A DNA stretch of 64,000 bases from Nanobdellota archaeon (GCA_030688225.1 JAUYIO010000021.1:12080-76079); one strand, 5' to 3'; shown: positions 1 to 9,808, counted from the stretch's first letter. Notes: generated by a model from the sequence alone, not told the origin. Numbers and translations: made by a program.

Positions 1-65
1 AAGAGGATTTATGCAAGAAGAGAGTGATTTCTAAACATTTAAAAAATTAATATATCTCCTAATTT

Positions 66-137
66 GGGACCTTAGCTCAGCGGGAGAGCACATGACTGAA
101 GCTCATGGTGTGCTGGGTTCGACTCCCAGAGGTCCCA
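66..137 (+). tRNA. tRNA-Phe(GAA)
   Basis: Cloverleaf GGGACCT/AGGTCCC-A; anticodon arm CATGA-CT GAA GC-TCATG; T arm with TTCGA; no encoded CCA. Confidence 0.93.
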
Positions 138-228
138 CTCCTTAAAATACTGAGTCCAATATTTTCTACATCTTGATAAAGATAGATAACTTCAAAACTT
201 TTATAAATAAGATTTATTTAGTTTAATT

Positions 229-492
229 ATGGCTGAGAAAAAAGGTGGTGAGGCATTAGGAATTTCTGGATTTACTCTTGCAATGGCAGGAATGTTTGGG
301 TTAATTTTAATGGGGCCTTTTAGCTTGCCGATATTTATTGTTGGATTTATTTTCTGCTGGATACAACAAAAAAGAAAATCTACAAAACTCGGAAAATCAG
401 GATTAATAATCAATGGCTTAGGAATAATTGCTTCATTAATCTGGGGTTATATTTTTTTAAAATACCTTTTTAGTTTAAATGCAACAGCTTAA
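229..492 (+). CDS. small membrane protein (DUF4190-like)
   Basis: 87-aa ORF with 2-3 hydrophobic helices and a basic loop (KRKSTK). Confidence 0.6.
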   Translation: MAEKKGGEALGISGFTLAMAGMFGLILMGPFSLPIFIVGFIFCWIQQKRKSTKLGKSGLIINGLGIIASLIWGYIFLKYLFSLNATA

Positions 493-493
493 A

Positions 494-1045
494 ATGAAAA
501 AAAATCGCAAGGCTGCAATGGAGATGAGTGTTGGAACTATTGTTACAATAGTCTTACTAATGACAGTTTTAATTCTTGGAATTTTTCTTGTTCAGAGAAT
601 TTTCGGGACTGCAACAACAGTTATTGATTTAACAGATAACCAGTTAAGAGAAGAAATAAATAAATTATTTGGGGAAGATAAAGAGTTAGTAATTTACCCG
701 AGCTCAAGAAGAGTTGAAATAAAACAAGAAGATGAAGATGGTGTTGGAATTGGTATTAAAAATCTGTTGCAGGGAACCTCTGGAACAAGCACATTTTCAT
801 ACGAAGTTGTTGTAAGCGATGCTTCTGATTGTTCTGAATCAAAAGAAGAAATTGAAGAATGGTTCACTGTTGGACAGGCAGAGGAGAATATTCCTATTCC
901 TGTCGGAAGTTCTGCAATTCAAAAAGTTTTATTTAGAATTCCAACAGGGACTTCTCTGTGCACTGCAAGATTTAGAGTCAATGTAAATGCCGGAGAAAAA
1001 ATATATGCAACTGATTTCTTTGACATAACTGTGAAAGCAAAATAA
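494..1045 (+). CDS. class III signal peptide (type IV pilin-like) protein
   Basis: MKKNRKA/AMEMSVGTIVTIVLL: basic leader, cleavage-type motif, hydrophobic helix; start placed at ATG 494. Confidence 0.7.
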   Translation: MKKNRKAAMEMSVGTIVTIVLLMTVLILGIFLVQRIFGTATTVIDLTDNQLREEINKLFGEDKELVIYPSSRRVEIKQEDEDGVGIGIKNLLQGTSGTSTFSYEVVVSDASDCSESKEEIEEWFTVGQAEENIPIPVGSSAIQKVLFRIPTGTSLCTARFRVNVNAGEKIYATDFFDITVKAK

Positions 1046-1081
1046 TTAAAGTTTTTTAAATTCCTTTTTCTTGAATAGTTA

Positions 1082-2476
1082 ATGATTAAAATTTACAACA
1101 CGTTATCAAGAAAAAAAGAGATATTTAAACCGATAAAGTCTGGAGAAGTGAAAATATATACGTGTGGCCCAACTGTTTATTATTATGCGCACATTGGAAA
1201 TTTTCGTGCTTATGTTTTTGCAGATATTCTTAGAAGAACTCTTGAGATGAATGATTATGATGTCAAACAAGTAATAAATCTCACAGATGTTGGGCATTTA
1301 ACTTCTGATCAGGATGAGGGTGAAGACAAAATTGAGAAAGAAGCAAAAAAAGAAAATAAAACTCCTAAGCAAATTGCAGATTTTTATACAAATGCTTTTT
1401 TTGAAGATTTTAAAAAATTAAATATTGAAAAACCAGAGGTTGTGTGCAAAGCAACAGAACATGTGAAGGAGATGATTGAACTTATAAAAAACCTTGAGAA
1501 AAAAGACTATGCTTATGTCGGCGAAAATGGAAATGTTTATTTTGACACTTCCAAATTCAAGAAATATGGAGAGCTAGCTAGACTTGATTTGAAAGAGTTG
1601 AAAGCTGGTGCAAGAATTAAAGTTGATAAGAAAAAGAAAAATCCTCGTGATTTTGTTTTGTGGTTTGTTGAAAAAGGCAGCAAATATAAAGAACATATTT
1701 TGAAATGGAAATCACCCTGGGGCGAGGGATGGCCTGGCTGGCATATTGAATGTTCTGCTATGTCAATGAAATATCTGGGAGAAACTTTTGATATTCATAC
1801 TGGAGGAGAGGATCACATTCCTGTTCATCACACAAATGAAATCGCACAAAGCGAAGGAGCAACTGGAAAAAAATTTGTAAATTATTGGCTTCATACTTCT
1901 TTCTTGCAATTTAATTCTGAAAAGATGTCAAAAAGCAAAGGAGGAATCTTGAGATTAGAAGATTTAGAAAAAGAAGGATATTCTCCTATGGATTTGAGAT
2001 ACTTTTATTTGTCAGGGCATTACAGAAAACCTTTGAACTTTACTTTTACAAACCTAAAAAATTCTAAAAATTCTTATGAAAGATTGAAGAATATAATTTC
2101 GGCTTTGAAAAAATCAGGAGAGAAAATAAATAATAAGAACATTGATGGTGCAAAAAAACAATTTCTGGAAATTATAAATGACGACTTGAATTCTCCTAAA
2201 GCGCTTTCATTTTTATGGGACATATTAAGAGAAGAAAAATTAAATGATTCTGAAAAATACAAACTTGCTTTGGAATTTGATAAAATTCTTGGGTTGAAGT
2301 TAGATGAAGAAGAAAAGATTAACATTCCTAAAGAAATTAAAAAATTATCAAATGAAAGAGAAACAGCAAGAAAGAAAAAAGATTTTGTTACTGCAGATAA
2401 AATTAGAGAAAAGATTAATAAATTAGGATATGTTCTTGAAGATACTGGGAAGGGGGTTGAAGTAAAAAAGAGATAA
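1082..2476 (+). CDS. cysS: cysteine--tRNA ligase
   Basis: CGPTVY, HIGN, PGWHIECSAM, HTGGED, KMSKS motifs. Confidence 0.98.
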   Translation: MIKIYNTLSRKKEIFKPIKSGEVKIYTCGPTVYYYAHIGNFRAYVFADILRRTLEMNDYDVKQVINLTDVGHLTSDQDEGEDKIEKEAKKENKTPKQIADFYTNAFFEDFKKLNIEKPEVVCKATEHVKEMIELIKNLEKKDYAYVGENGNVYFDTSKFKKYGELARLDLKELKAGARIKVDKKKKNPRDFVLWFVEKGSKYKEHILKWKSPWGEGWPGWHIECSAMSMKYLGETFDIHTGGEDHIPVHHTNEIAQSEGATGKKFVNYWLHTSFLQFNSEKMSKSKGGILRLEDLEKEGYSPMDLRYFYLSGHYRKPLNFTFTNLKNSKNSYERLKNIISALKKSGEKINNKNIDGAKKQFLEIINDDLNSPKALSFLWDILREEKLNDSEKYKLALEFDKILGLKLDEEEKINIPKEIKKLSNERETARKKKDFVTADKIREKINKLGYVLEDTGKGVEVKKR

Positions 2477-3903
2477 TGGCTGTTCAATTTAATTATGTTG
2501 CAAAAAGAGGATGGAAACCAAAAAATCCTGATGAGAATTATATTATTACTCTGCTTAAAGTAGAACTTGATGAAAAAGCAGTAAAAGAAGCAAAGTATCA
2601 CCATTCTAAAAAAATTTCTGAGAAAAAATTTAGGAATGATTTGTTTGAAGAAGCTGCCGGAACTGTTGCTGCCGAGTCTTCAACAGGAACATGGACAAAA
2701 GTTTATGACGGGAAAGATTCAGGAATAAATCTGGCAAGCGAAAAAAGAGCAATGGCTTATGATTTGGATTATAAAAGAAGCATGTTCAAAATTGCATATC
2801 CTATAGAGCTTTTTGAATTGAACAATGTCTCTGGTTTGCTTGCAGGAGTTATAGGAAATATTGCTGGAATGAAAATGGTTTCTGCGATGAGAGTTTATGA
2901 TATTAGATTTCCAAGAAAAATGATTGAGGCTTTCCCTGGACCGAGATTTGGAGTTGAAGGAGTTAGAAAATTATTGAAAAAACCAAGAGGATGTTTAGTT
3001 GCAACTGTTCCAAAACCAAAAATAGGGAGAACAGACGAGGAACAGGCAAGACTTGCAAAGACATTGTTTACATCAGGTAATGGAACTTACGACGGGATTA
3101 AAGATGATGAAAATTTAACCAGTTTGAAATTTAATGATTTTTATAAGAGATGTAAAAAAGTTTTGGCTGAGGCAAAAGAAGCAGAGAAAAAAACAGGGCA
3201 CAAAAAATTTTATCTTTGCAACACCACTCACTCAGACATTAACGAAATGATGAAGAGAGCAAAAGCAATAAAAAATAATGGAGGAATTTTTATGATGATG
3301 GATGTTGTAACGACGGGCTTTGCAGCTGTAGATTACATAAGAAGAAATAATCCTGGTTTGGCTATTCATGCTCACAGAGCAATGCACGGATTTATTACGA
3401 GAGATAATTCTCCTGGAATTCATGGAGAAGGAAAACTTTACGGCTTCAGTATTTCAATGATTTTTTTGGCAAAATTATTTAGATTGCTTGGAGTTGATTC
3501 AATTCATGGTGGAAGTCCTCTTGCAAAAATGGAAGATTATGGGGAAGCAGAATATATTTGTAAAGTTCTTCAGGAAAAAAATCTAAAACCCCACCACAAA
3601 ATTCCCACACTTGGACAAAACTGGCATAAGATTAAACCAGTGTGGATGACTGCATCAGGAGGATTACACCCAGGAGATTTTGAATCTGTTTTGAGTAAAT
3701 TAGGAGATGATGTAATCATGCAATGTGGTGGAGGGTTATTAGGACATCCGAATGGGGTGGCTGCAGGAGTAAAAGCTATTGAGGAAGCAAGAGATATTTA
3801 TTACAAGAGAATTCCAATAAGAAAATTTGTTAAGGAAAACCCAAAATCAGAACTTGCTGTTGCTGTTAAACATTGGGGTTATGGACCTAAAATAGTTTAT
3901 TGA
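2476..3903 (+). CDS. rbcL: RuBisCO large subunit, form III / III-like
   Basis: AAESSTGTW, KPK, GIKDDENL (carbamylation motif), HAHRAMHG, SGGLHPG, QCGGG. Confidence 0.95.
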   Translation: MAVQFNYVAKRGWKPKNPDENYIITLLKVELDEKAVKEAKYHHSKKISEKKFRNDLFEEAAGTVAAESSTGTWTKVYDGKDSGINLASEKRAMAYDLDYKRSMFKIAYPIELFELNNVSGLLAGVIGNIAGMKMVSAMRVYDIRFPRKMIEAFPGPRFGVEGVRKLLKKPRGCLVATVPKPKIGRTDEEQARLAKTLFTSGNGTYDGIKDDENLTSLKFNDFYKRCKKVLAEAKEAEKKTGHKKFYLCNTTHSDINEMMKRAKAIKNNGGIFMMMDVVTTGFAAVDYIRRNNPGLAIHAHRAMHGFITRDNSPGIHGEGKLYGFSISMIFLAKLFRLLGVDSIHGGSPLAKMEDYGEAEYICKVLQEKNLKPHHKIPTLGQNWHKIKPVWMTASGGLHPGDFESVLSKLGDDVIMQCGGGLLGHPNGVAAGVKAIEEARDIYYKRIPIRKFVKENPKSELAVAVKHWGYGPKIVY

Positions 3904-4026
3904 AAATGGGTTTCTTTTTTAGAAACGGGTTTTTCTTTGTAAAGAAAAACTACGATGGTAAAGAAACTCAAGATAGCATGGTAGAAAAAACTACAATTGT
4001 AAAATAAATTTTGAAATGAAATAAAA

Positions 4027-4260
4027 ATGGTGAAAAAAAGAGAACAAAATTTTAAGAGTGAATTTAAAAGATCTTTAAGCACTGCAATAATTGCTGCATT
4101 CAGCTTACTTGCTGCTCTTAGCTGGAGCGATGTTATAAGAGATTATCTTGGAAAACTTGAAAGTGTTAGCATTTTCCAAGGGAAGATTATCCTTTCAACA
4201 ATTGTAACACTCTTGGCAGCTCTTGCAGTTTATGTTGCTTCTAAAATAAATAAAAAATGA
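4027..4260 (+). CDS. small 2-TM membrane protein (DUF5654-like)
   Basis: TAIIAAFSLLAALSWSDVI pattern followed by a second TM helix. Confidence 0.7.
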   Translation: MVKKREQNFKSEFKRSLSTAIIAAFSLLAALSWSDVIRDYLGKLESVSIFQGKIILSTIVTLLAALAVYVASKINKK

Positions 4261-4697
4261 AATTCAGAAAATCTGTTTTTATCGTCGTGTATTCTAAAAA
4301 TAAAAACAAAGTTGAATTTTTAGTTCTGAAAAGAAAACTTCATTGGAAAGGATGGGAATTTCCGAAAGGAGGAATTGAAAGATTTGAATTAAAAAGAAGT
4401 GCTGTTAAAAGAGAAATAAAAGAAGAAACAGGTTTGGAAATCTTGAAAGTAAAAAAGTTTAACTTCAGTGGAAAATTCAAATACTCTAAAAAATTTCCAG
4501 ACAGGCCAAATTTTTTAGGACAGAGTTATTCTCTTTATGCTGTTGAAGTAAAAAAGGGAAAAGTCAAAGTTGATAAAAAAGAACATTCTGATTATAAATG
4601 GTTGGATTTCAAAAAATCTGAGAGAAAACTGACATGGAAAAATCAACGATATTGTTTAAGAATAGTTAACAAATCGCTTCAAAGTCAAAAGATGTAA
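4257..4697 (+). CDS. NUDIX hydrolase
   Basis: WEFPKGGIE...AVKREIKEETG Nudix box; EH..YKW. Confidence 0.92.
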   Translation: MKFRKSVFIVVYSKNKNKVEFLVLKRKLHWKGWEFPKGGIERFELKRSAVKREIKEETGLEILKVKKFNFSGKFKYSKKFPDRPNFLGQSYSLYAVEVKKGKVKVDKKEHSDYKWLDFKKSERKLTWKNQRYCLRIVNKSLQSQKM

Positions 4698-4749
4698 CTT
4701 TTGCCTAATCAAAGGAAATGTTTAAAGATTGTGGATGATTGGTTGGAGG

Positions 4750-5100
4750 ATGAAACTCCGTGAATTTGAAACAACGTCTGGAAAGAAAGTTTTGGCTGGG
4801 AAAGATGCGAACACAAATGAGGATTTGATTAAGCAAGTTGGGGCGAATGAAGAAGTTTTTCATACTGCAAAACCTGGAAGCCCTTTTGTGAATATCAAAG
4901 GCGAAGCGAACAAAAAAGACATTAAAGAGGCTGCGATTTTTTGTGCAAGAAAAAGTCAGGACTGGAGAGACAATAAAACTGATGTTGAAGTTCATCATTT
5001 CAAAGGAAAAGATATTTATAAAACGAAAGGAATGAAACTTGGAACTTTTGGAGTGAAGAAATTTAAAGTAATTAAAATTAAAAGGAAAGAATTGGAATGA
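4750..5100 (+). CDS. NFACT-R (DUF814) RNA-binding domain protein
   Basis: GKDANTNE, FHT..PGSPFV, EAAIFCA; start at ATG 4750. Confidence 0.8.
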   Translation: MKLREFETTSGKKVLAGKDANTNEDLIKQVGANEEVFHTAKPGSPFVNIKGEANKKDIKEAAIFCARKSQDWRDNKTDVEVHHFKGKDIYKTKGMKLGTFGVKKFKVIKIKRKELE

Positions 5101-5726
5101 TTTTTACATTAAAAGAAAAAAAAGATAAATTAACAGAGATGGTTTATAAAAAAAGTATGATAGAACTTTCTAAATTTTATGGGCTAAATTGGATAAAAAA
5201 TAGACCATCAATAATTTTTGTTGATACCAGAAAGGAAATAAATAAATTAAAAAGTAGAAAAACTGAGAAATGGGTCATTGGATGGAGTGAAAGGAACAAA
5301 ATATTTTTGCTTAATCCAAAGAAGTATAAAAAAGAGAGCAACCACAAATATTTCCGAAAAGAATTTATAGCATTAATAAAACATGAGCTAAGTCATTCTT
5401 TTTTCTCTATGAAAACACGAAGAGCTAGTTATAAACCATTGTGGTTAAATGAGGGAATAGCTATCTTTGTTTCAGGACAAAATAAATTCAAGAAAAAACC
5501 TGAAAAGTTTGAAAGAGTATTAAGTTTTTATGAGGAAGGGGGAGAAGGAATATATAAAGAATCTGGATTTTTAATAGAATTATTATTAAATAAATTTGGG
5601 AAAGCTAAATTAATCAAGTTAATTGAAGATCTTGAAAAAATTAATAGCAGAAAAGAATTTGAAAAATTATTCAAAAGAATCTATGGATTTGAATTAAATT
5701 ATGAGAAGATTAATAAAATAAAATGA
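5097..5726 (+). CDS. zincin metallopeptidase-like protein (peptidase MA-like)
   Basis: HELSH (HExxH) followed by PLWLNEGIA. Confidence 0.7.
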   Translation: MIFTLKEKKDKLTEMVYKKSMIELSKFYGLNWIKNRPSIIFVDTRKEINKLKSRKTEKWVIGWSERNKIFLLNPKKYKKESNHKYFRKEFIALIKHELSHSFFSMKTRRASYKPLWLNEGIAIFVSGQNKFKKKPEKFERVLSFYEEGGEGIYKESGFLIELLLNKFGKAKLIKLIEDLEKINSRKEFEKLFKRIYGFELNYEKINKIK

Positions 5727-5968
5727 AACCTATTGGAAAAATTCAGCTTGGAAAACAAGGACTAACTGAGAATTTTATAGGAAGTCTTAGGAATATTTTT
5801 AAAACTCATGAAAATGTCAAGATTTCTGTTTTGAAAAGTGCAGGACATGACAAAAAAAAGGTGAAAGAATATTCTGAAAAAATTTTGGAGAAATTAGGAA
5901 AAAAGTATACTGCAAGAAATATCGGATTTACAATTTCTATAAAAAAGTGGAGAAAAGAAAGAGGATAA
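5723..5968 (+). CDS. YhbY/CRM-domain RNA-binding protein
   Basis: IQLGKQGLT...HENVKISVL; usual neighbour of rps19e. Confidence 0.85.
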   Translation: MKPIGKIQLGKQGLTENFIGSLRNIFKTHENVKISVLKSAGHDKKKVKEYSEKILEKLGKKYTARNIGFTISIKKWRKERG

Positions 5969-6012
5969 TTTAAGATATAAATTTTTAAAAAGAATCAAAA
6001 TCTTTTGCTTTG

Positions 6013-6342
6013 ATGCCAGAAGAAAAACCTCTTTATGAAGACTCAGATTTGAAAATTGATTATTTTAAAAGCCCTGACGGAAACAAAAGTTGCGAGGACC
6101 ACGAGATACAATTTGTGTGTTCAAATGAAAGGTATATTCTTCTTCAAAGAGGAGTTTTAAAAGAATTGGCACATGCAAAAAGATCAAGGCTTATCCAAAT
6201 TCTTGATAATATTTCAGGTCACATGAGTTTTAAGGATTTACGCAGACATAATTTAACTGCAGATGCTATTGGTGTTGCAGCACATTGTGCTTACATAGAA
6301 GAAGAAAAAAGATTTGAAGAATACAAGGCAAAATCTTTATAA
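6013..6342 (+). CDS. hypothetical protein
   Basis: 109-aa ORF behind a TATA-like TTTTAAA; no recognisable motif. Confidence 0.6.
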   Translation: MPEEKPLYEDSDLKIDYFKSPDGNKSCEDHEIQFVCSNERYILLQRGVLKELAHAKRSRLIQILDNISGHMSFKDLRRHNLTADAIGVAAHCAYIEEEKRFEEYKAKSL

Positions 6343-6410
6343 ACCTCTTTCTCAATTAATTTTGAGGTAAATAACCTTTAGGTTAATCTATTGTCGCAAG
6401 ACAAGCCAAG

Positions 6411-6836
6411 ATGACAAGCGTATTTGAATTAAATGCTCATGAATATAACAGGAAATTAGCTGAAGCTTTGAAAAAAGTCCCTGAATTTGAAGAGCCTGAA
6501 TGGGTAAAGTTTGTGAAATCAGGGCCTGCAAAGGAAAGACCGATTGACGAGGAAGATTTCTGGTATAAAAGAGCTGCGAGTATTTTAAGACAAATTTACA
6601 AAAAAAATGTTGTCGGTGTTAGCAGACTTAGGACAAAATACGGTGGAAAAATACATCGTGGAATGAAACCTGAAGAATTCCGAAGAGCAGGCGGGAAGAT
6701 AATTAGAACAATTCTCCAGCAATCTGATAAAGCAGGATTTACAGAAATTGCAAAAGTGATTAAAGGTGTGAAAGGGAAAAAACCAGGAAGACAATTAACT
6801 CAAAAAGGAAAAGAATTTTTGGAGGGAATGAAATGA
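6411..6836 (+). CDS. rps19e: ribosomal protein S19e
   Basis: PEWVKFVKSG..KERP, WYKRAASILR, GKIIRTILQQ, GRQLT.KG. Confidence 0.96.
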   Translation: MTSVFELNAHEYNRKLAEALKKVPEFEEPEWVKFVKSGPAKERPIDEEDFWYKRAASILRQIYKKNVVGVSRLRTKYGGKIHRGMKPEEFRRAGGKIIRTILQQSDKAGFTEIAKVIKGVKGKKPGRQLTQKGKEFLEGMK

Positions 6837-7072
6837 GTTATTCAGATAATTTAAGGCATGGAGAAAAAATGTACATAATTCCTTATGGATGTTCTAATGT
6901 AAAAGATGTTATTAGTGTAGAGCCGCAAACAGGGTTATTTACAAGATTAACCATTTATTTTCCAGGAGATAAATATCAGGTTATCTCTAATAGTCTTTTA
7001 AAAGAAAGAGGAATTAGTCTTAAAACTTATATTGAACAAACTGAAGGGTGGAGACCAAAAAATGGGAATTAA
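6833..7072 (+). CDS. ORFan between rps19e and rpl39e
   Basis: 79-aa ORF; ATGA overlap with the S19e stop; overlaps the L39e start. Confidence 0.6.
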   Translation: MSYSDNLRHGEKMYIIPYGCSNVKDVISVEPQTGLFTRLTIYFPGDKYQVISNSLLKERGISLKTYIEQTEGWRPKNGN

Positions 7073-7265
7073 AAATCAAAAGAAAAAAGAGACACTTGCG
7101 AAGAAGGGAAGGCAAACAAAGTGGGCGCCGGTTTGGATAGTCTTGAGAAAATTTGGTATGGGAAAAAGAGTTCATCCTTCAAGAATCACAAGATACAGAC
7201 GTTCGTGGAAGAGAACTAAGCTTCATATTAAACCAAGAAAGATGAGGAAATCTCACTTCGGTTAA
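7062..7265 (+). CDS. rpl39e: ribosomal protein L39e
   Basis: LAKK.RQ..WAPVW...RRSWKRTKL; start at ATG 7062. Confidence 0.9.
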   Translation: MGIKNQKKKETLAKKGRQTKWAPVWIVLRKFGMGKRVHPSRITRYRRSWKRTKLHIKPRKMRKSHFG

Positions 7266-7272
7266 GAATAAA

Positions 7273-7527
7273 ATGAAAAGTATAGAAACACCCTTAGAAA
7301 TTGCAAGGAGAAATTTGAGAGAAATAGATTGTATTCTAAATAGTATAAGAACACATAAAATATCTTTCTCTGCAGAAGGGGAAATATCTGAAAAAGGCAA
7401 TATCCCTCTCCCAAATAAAGAAATAAGGAATGCAAGAGAATGGGCAAAAATTTATGCTCAAAAAGGATGGTCTGGACAGATTGAAATAGAAGAATATAAT
7501 GGAGGATATTGCATAACTTATTTATAA
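7273..7527 (+). CDS. ORFan between rpl39e and rpl31e
   Basis: 84-aa ORF that fills the gap; no motif recognised. Confidence 0.6.
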   Translation: MKSIETPLEIARRNLREIDCILNSIRTHKISFSAEGEISEKGNIPLPNKEIRNAREWAKIYAQKGWSGQIEIEEYNGGYCITYL

Positions 7528-7530
7528 AAA

Positions 7531-8115
7531 ATGGCGAAAAAAACTGAGACAAAAACACCTGTTGAAAAAATTGAAAGAGAATATGTTATCCCTCTTAGAG
7601 AAAGATTGAGAAGTGTTCCAATTTACAAAAAAACTCCTAAAGCTATAAAGACAATAAAAGAATTTTTAGTGAAACACATGAAAATTTATGACAGAGATCT
7701 GAAAAAAATTAAGATTGACAAATATTTGAATGAATTTATTTGGGACAGAGGAATAAAAAACCCTGTTCATAAAGTAAAAGTCAAAGCAATTAAGGAAGGA
7801 GAAATTGTAAGAGTAGAACTTGTGGAAATTCCTGAAAGATTAAAATTCAAGAAATTAAGAGAGGAAAAGAGAGAACAAAAGTCAAAAGAAGTTTTAGATG
7901 GAAAAAAGAAAGTTCTTGAGAAGAAAACTGAAGAAAAACCAAAAGAAGAAACTGCTGAAAAAATAGAAGAAAAAAAGGTTGAAGAAAAGGAAAAAAAGGC
8001 TTCTGTTGTTGAGGCTGGAAAAGAAATTGAAAAAGCTGCAGCAAAGCAAATGAAACATCAGGTTGGTGGAAAGGAAAAAGCCCCTAAGATAAAAAGAGTT
8101 GCGCTGAAGAAATAA
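7531..8115 (+). CDS. rpl31e: ribosomal protein L31e with K/E-rich C-terminal extension
   Basis: EREYVIPLR, KAIKTIKEFL..HM, LNEFIWDRGIKNP. Confidence 0.95.
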   Translation: MAKKTETKTPVEKIEREYVIPLRERLRSVPIYKKTPKAIKTIKEFLVKHMKIYDRDLKKIKIDKYLNEFIWDRGIKNPVHKVKVKAIKEGEIVRVELVEIPERLKFKKLREEKREQKSKEVLDGKKKVLEKKTEEKPKEETAEKIEEKKVEEKEKKASVVEAGKEIEKAAAKQMKHQVGGKEKAPKIKRVALKK

Positions 8116-8144
8116 TTTTTATACTAAAGAGTTCTAAATTTTTT

Positions 8145-8852
8145 ATGCTGTCTCTAATTAAAAAAGAAATTCAATCTCTTGCAAATCCAGAACAGGCAAA
8201 AAATCTTCAAAGATTTTTCAAGACAGGAAAAGGACAATATGGAGAGGGAGATGTTTTTTTTGGACTGAATTCTCAACAAATAAAAGATGTTGCAAAAAAG
8301 TTTTATGAAACTGATTTGGGAAATATTCAAGAATTGATTAACTCCAAAATTCACGAGGAGAGAATGTGTGCGCTAAGGATTTTAATTCAACAATACAAAA
8401 AAGCTAAAAAAAATCCTCTGCAAAGAAGAAGGATTTTTGAATTTTATTTGAAAAATTCTAAAAAAATAAACAATTGGGATTTGGTTGATGTTTCTGCACC
8501 AAATATTGTTGGAGATTTTCTTGAAAGAGAAGACTCTGGAATTTTAAGACAACTTGCAATTTCTGAAAATCTTTGGGAAAAAAGGATTGCAATTGTTTCA
8601 ACTTACACATTCATTAAAAAAAGAAAATTTGGAGAGACTCTTGCGATTTCAGAGATTCTTATGAATGACGAACATGATTTGATTCATAAGGCTGTTGGAT
8701 GGATGTTGAGAGAAGTTGGAAAAAGAAACATGGAAGTGTTGGAAATTTTTCTTGCAACGAGATACAAAAAAATGCCGAGGACAATGCTGAGATATGCTAT
8801 TGAAAAATTTCCTGAAGAAAAAAGAAAAGCTTATTTGAAAGGAGAAATTTGA
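8145..8852 (+). CDS. DNA alkylation repair protein (AlkD-like)
   Basis: FFKTGKGQYGEGD, NNWDLVD, HKAVGWMLREVGK, MPRTMLRYAIEK. Confidence 0.9.
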   Translation: MLSLIKKEIQSLANPEQAKNLQRFFKTGKGQYGEGDVFFGLNSQQIKDVAKKFYETDLGNIQELINSKIHEERMCALRILIQQYKKAKKNPLQRRRIFEFYLKNSKKINNWDLVDVSAPNIVGDFLEREDSGILRQLAISENLWEKRIAIVSTYTFIKKRKFGETLAISEILMNDEHDLIHKAVGWMLREVGKRNMEVLEIFLATRYKKMPRTMLRYAIEKFPEEKRKAYLKGEI

Positions 8853-9757
8853 TTCTTCATGAACCATTCATAAGTTTTTTGCAAACCTTGTCCAAGAGTG
8901 AATTTTGGTTTCCAACCATAGTTTCTTATTTTATCTGAATTTAAAGAAGATCTCATTTGTTCTCCTTTTTTCCCTGGAACATATCTTTTTTCAAAATTTC
9001 CATTAAAGAAATTAACATTTATTGTATCAAACAGCTCATTCACGTTTGTTTCTATTCCTGTCCCAATATTATAAATTCCTGAGGGCAATTTTCTTAGAGC
9101 TAAAACATTTGCATCAACAACATCTTCAACAAAAACATAATCGCGTGTCTGTAATCCATTGCCGTTTATCGTCGGTGAACGATTGTTTAACATGGAGTCA
9201 AAGAAGATTGCAATAACACCTGCCTCTCCTTTTGCATTCTGCCGAGGACCATAAACATTTGCGTATCTCAAAGAGACAAAATCAATACCAGACTCCTGCA
9301 GAAATTTATCAACATTCAATTTATTAAATCCGTATGGAGATTTGGGATTTTCAAAATCCTGTTCTGATGCACAGAGTATTTTATCGTCGTAAATAGCCCC
9401 TCCACTTGAGGAAAAAATAAATTTGGATTTATGTTCTTTTGCTAAACTTATGAGATTTTTACTTCCTTCAACATTAACCTGATAATCATAACCAGGATTT
9501 GATACACTTTTTCTTACATCAATTTGTGCTGCCATATGAAAAACAGCTTTTGGTTTTTCTCTGTTAAAAATTTTTTTCATTTCTTCATTATTGCAGATGT
9601 TTTCATTATAAATCTTAAGTCTAGGATGATTTAAAGAAAGATTTTCAAGTGTCTCTGAAGAAAAATCAATAACAGCAACATTATGTCCTTCTTGAAGAAG
9701 CCTATTTGTTAAATTGCTTCCTATGAATCCTGCTCCACCTGTTACAATATAATTCAT
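8831..9757 (-). CDS. NAD-dependent epimerase/dehydratase (UDP-glucose 4-epimerase-like)
   Basis: VTGGAGFIGS, SSSGGAIY, YGFNK (YxxxK), NVYGPRQ, RDYVFVEDV. Confidence 0.93.
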   Translation of the reverse strand: MNYIVTGGAGFIGSNLTNRLLQEGHNVAVIDFSSETLENLSLNHPRLKIYNENICNNEEMKKIFNREKPKAVFHMAAQIDVRKSVSNPGYDYQVNVEGSKNLISLAKEHKSKFIFSSSGGAIYDDKILCASEQDFENPKSPYGFNKLNVDKFLQESGIDFVSLRYANVYGPRQNAKGEAGVIAIFFDSMLNNRSPTINGNGLQTRDYVFVEDVVDANVLALRKLPSGIYNIGTGIETNVNELFDTINVNFFNGNFEKRYVPGKKGEQMRSSLNSDKIRNYGWKPKFTLGQGLQKTYEWFMKNQISPFK

Positions 9758-9808
9758 TGCGAGAGAAAATGTAAAATATTTATAAAGATTATTCCTCCAG
9801 AGAATATA

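Noticed and set aside
1-34. 3' end of an upstream CDS
   Set aside because: Too short; two frames end in stops (27 and 34), so neither frame nor product can be assigned
8831-8852. Convergent 3' overlaps (also 27456-27459, 32944-32952, 51950-51953)
   Set aside because: An ordinary feature of streamlined genomes; no further signal
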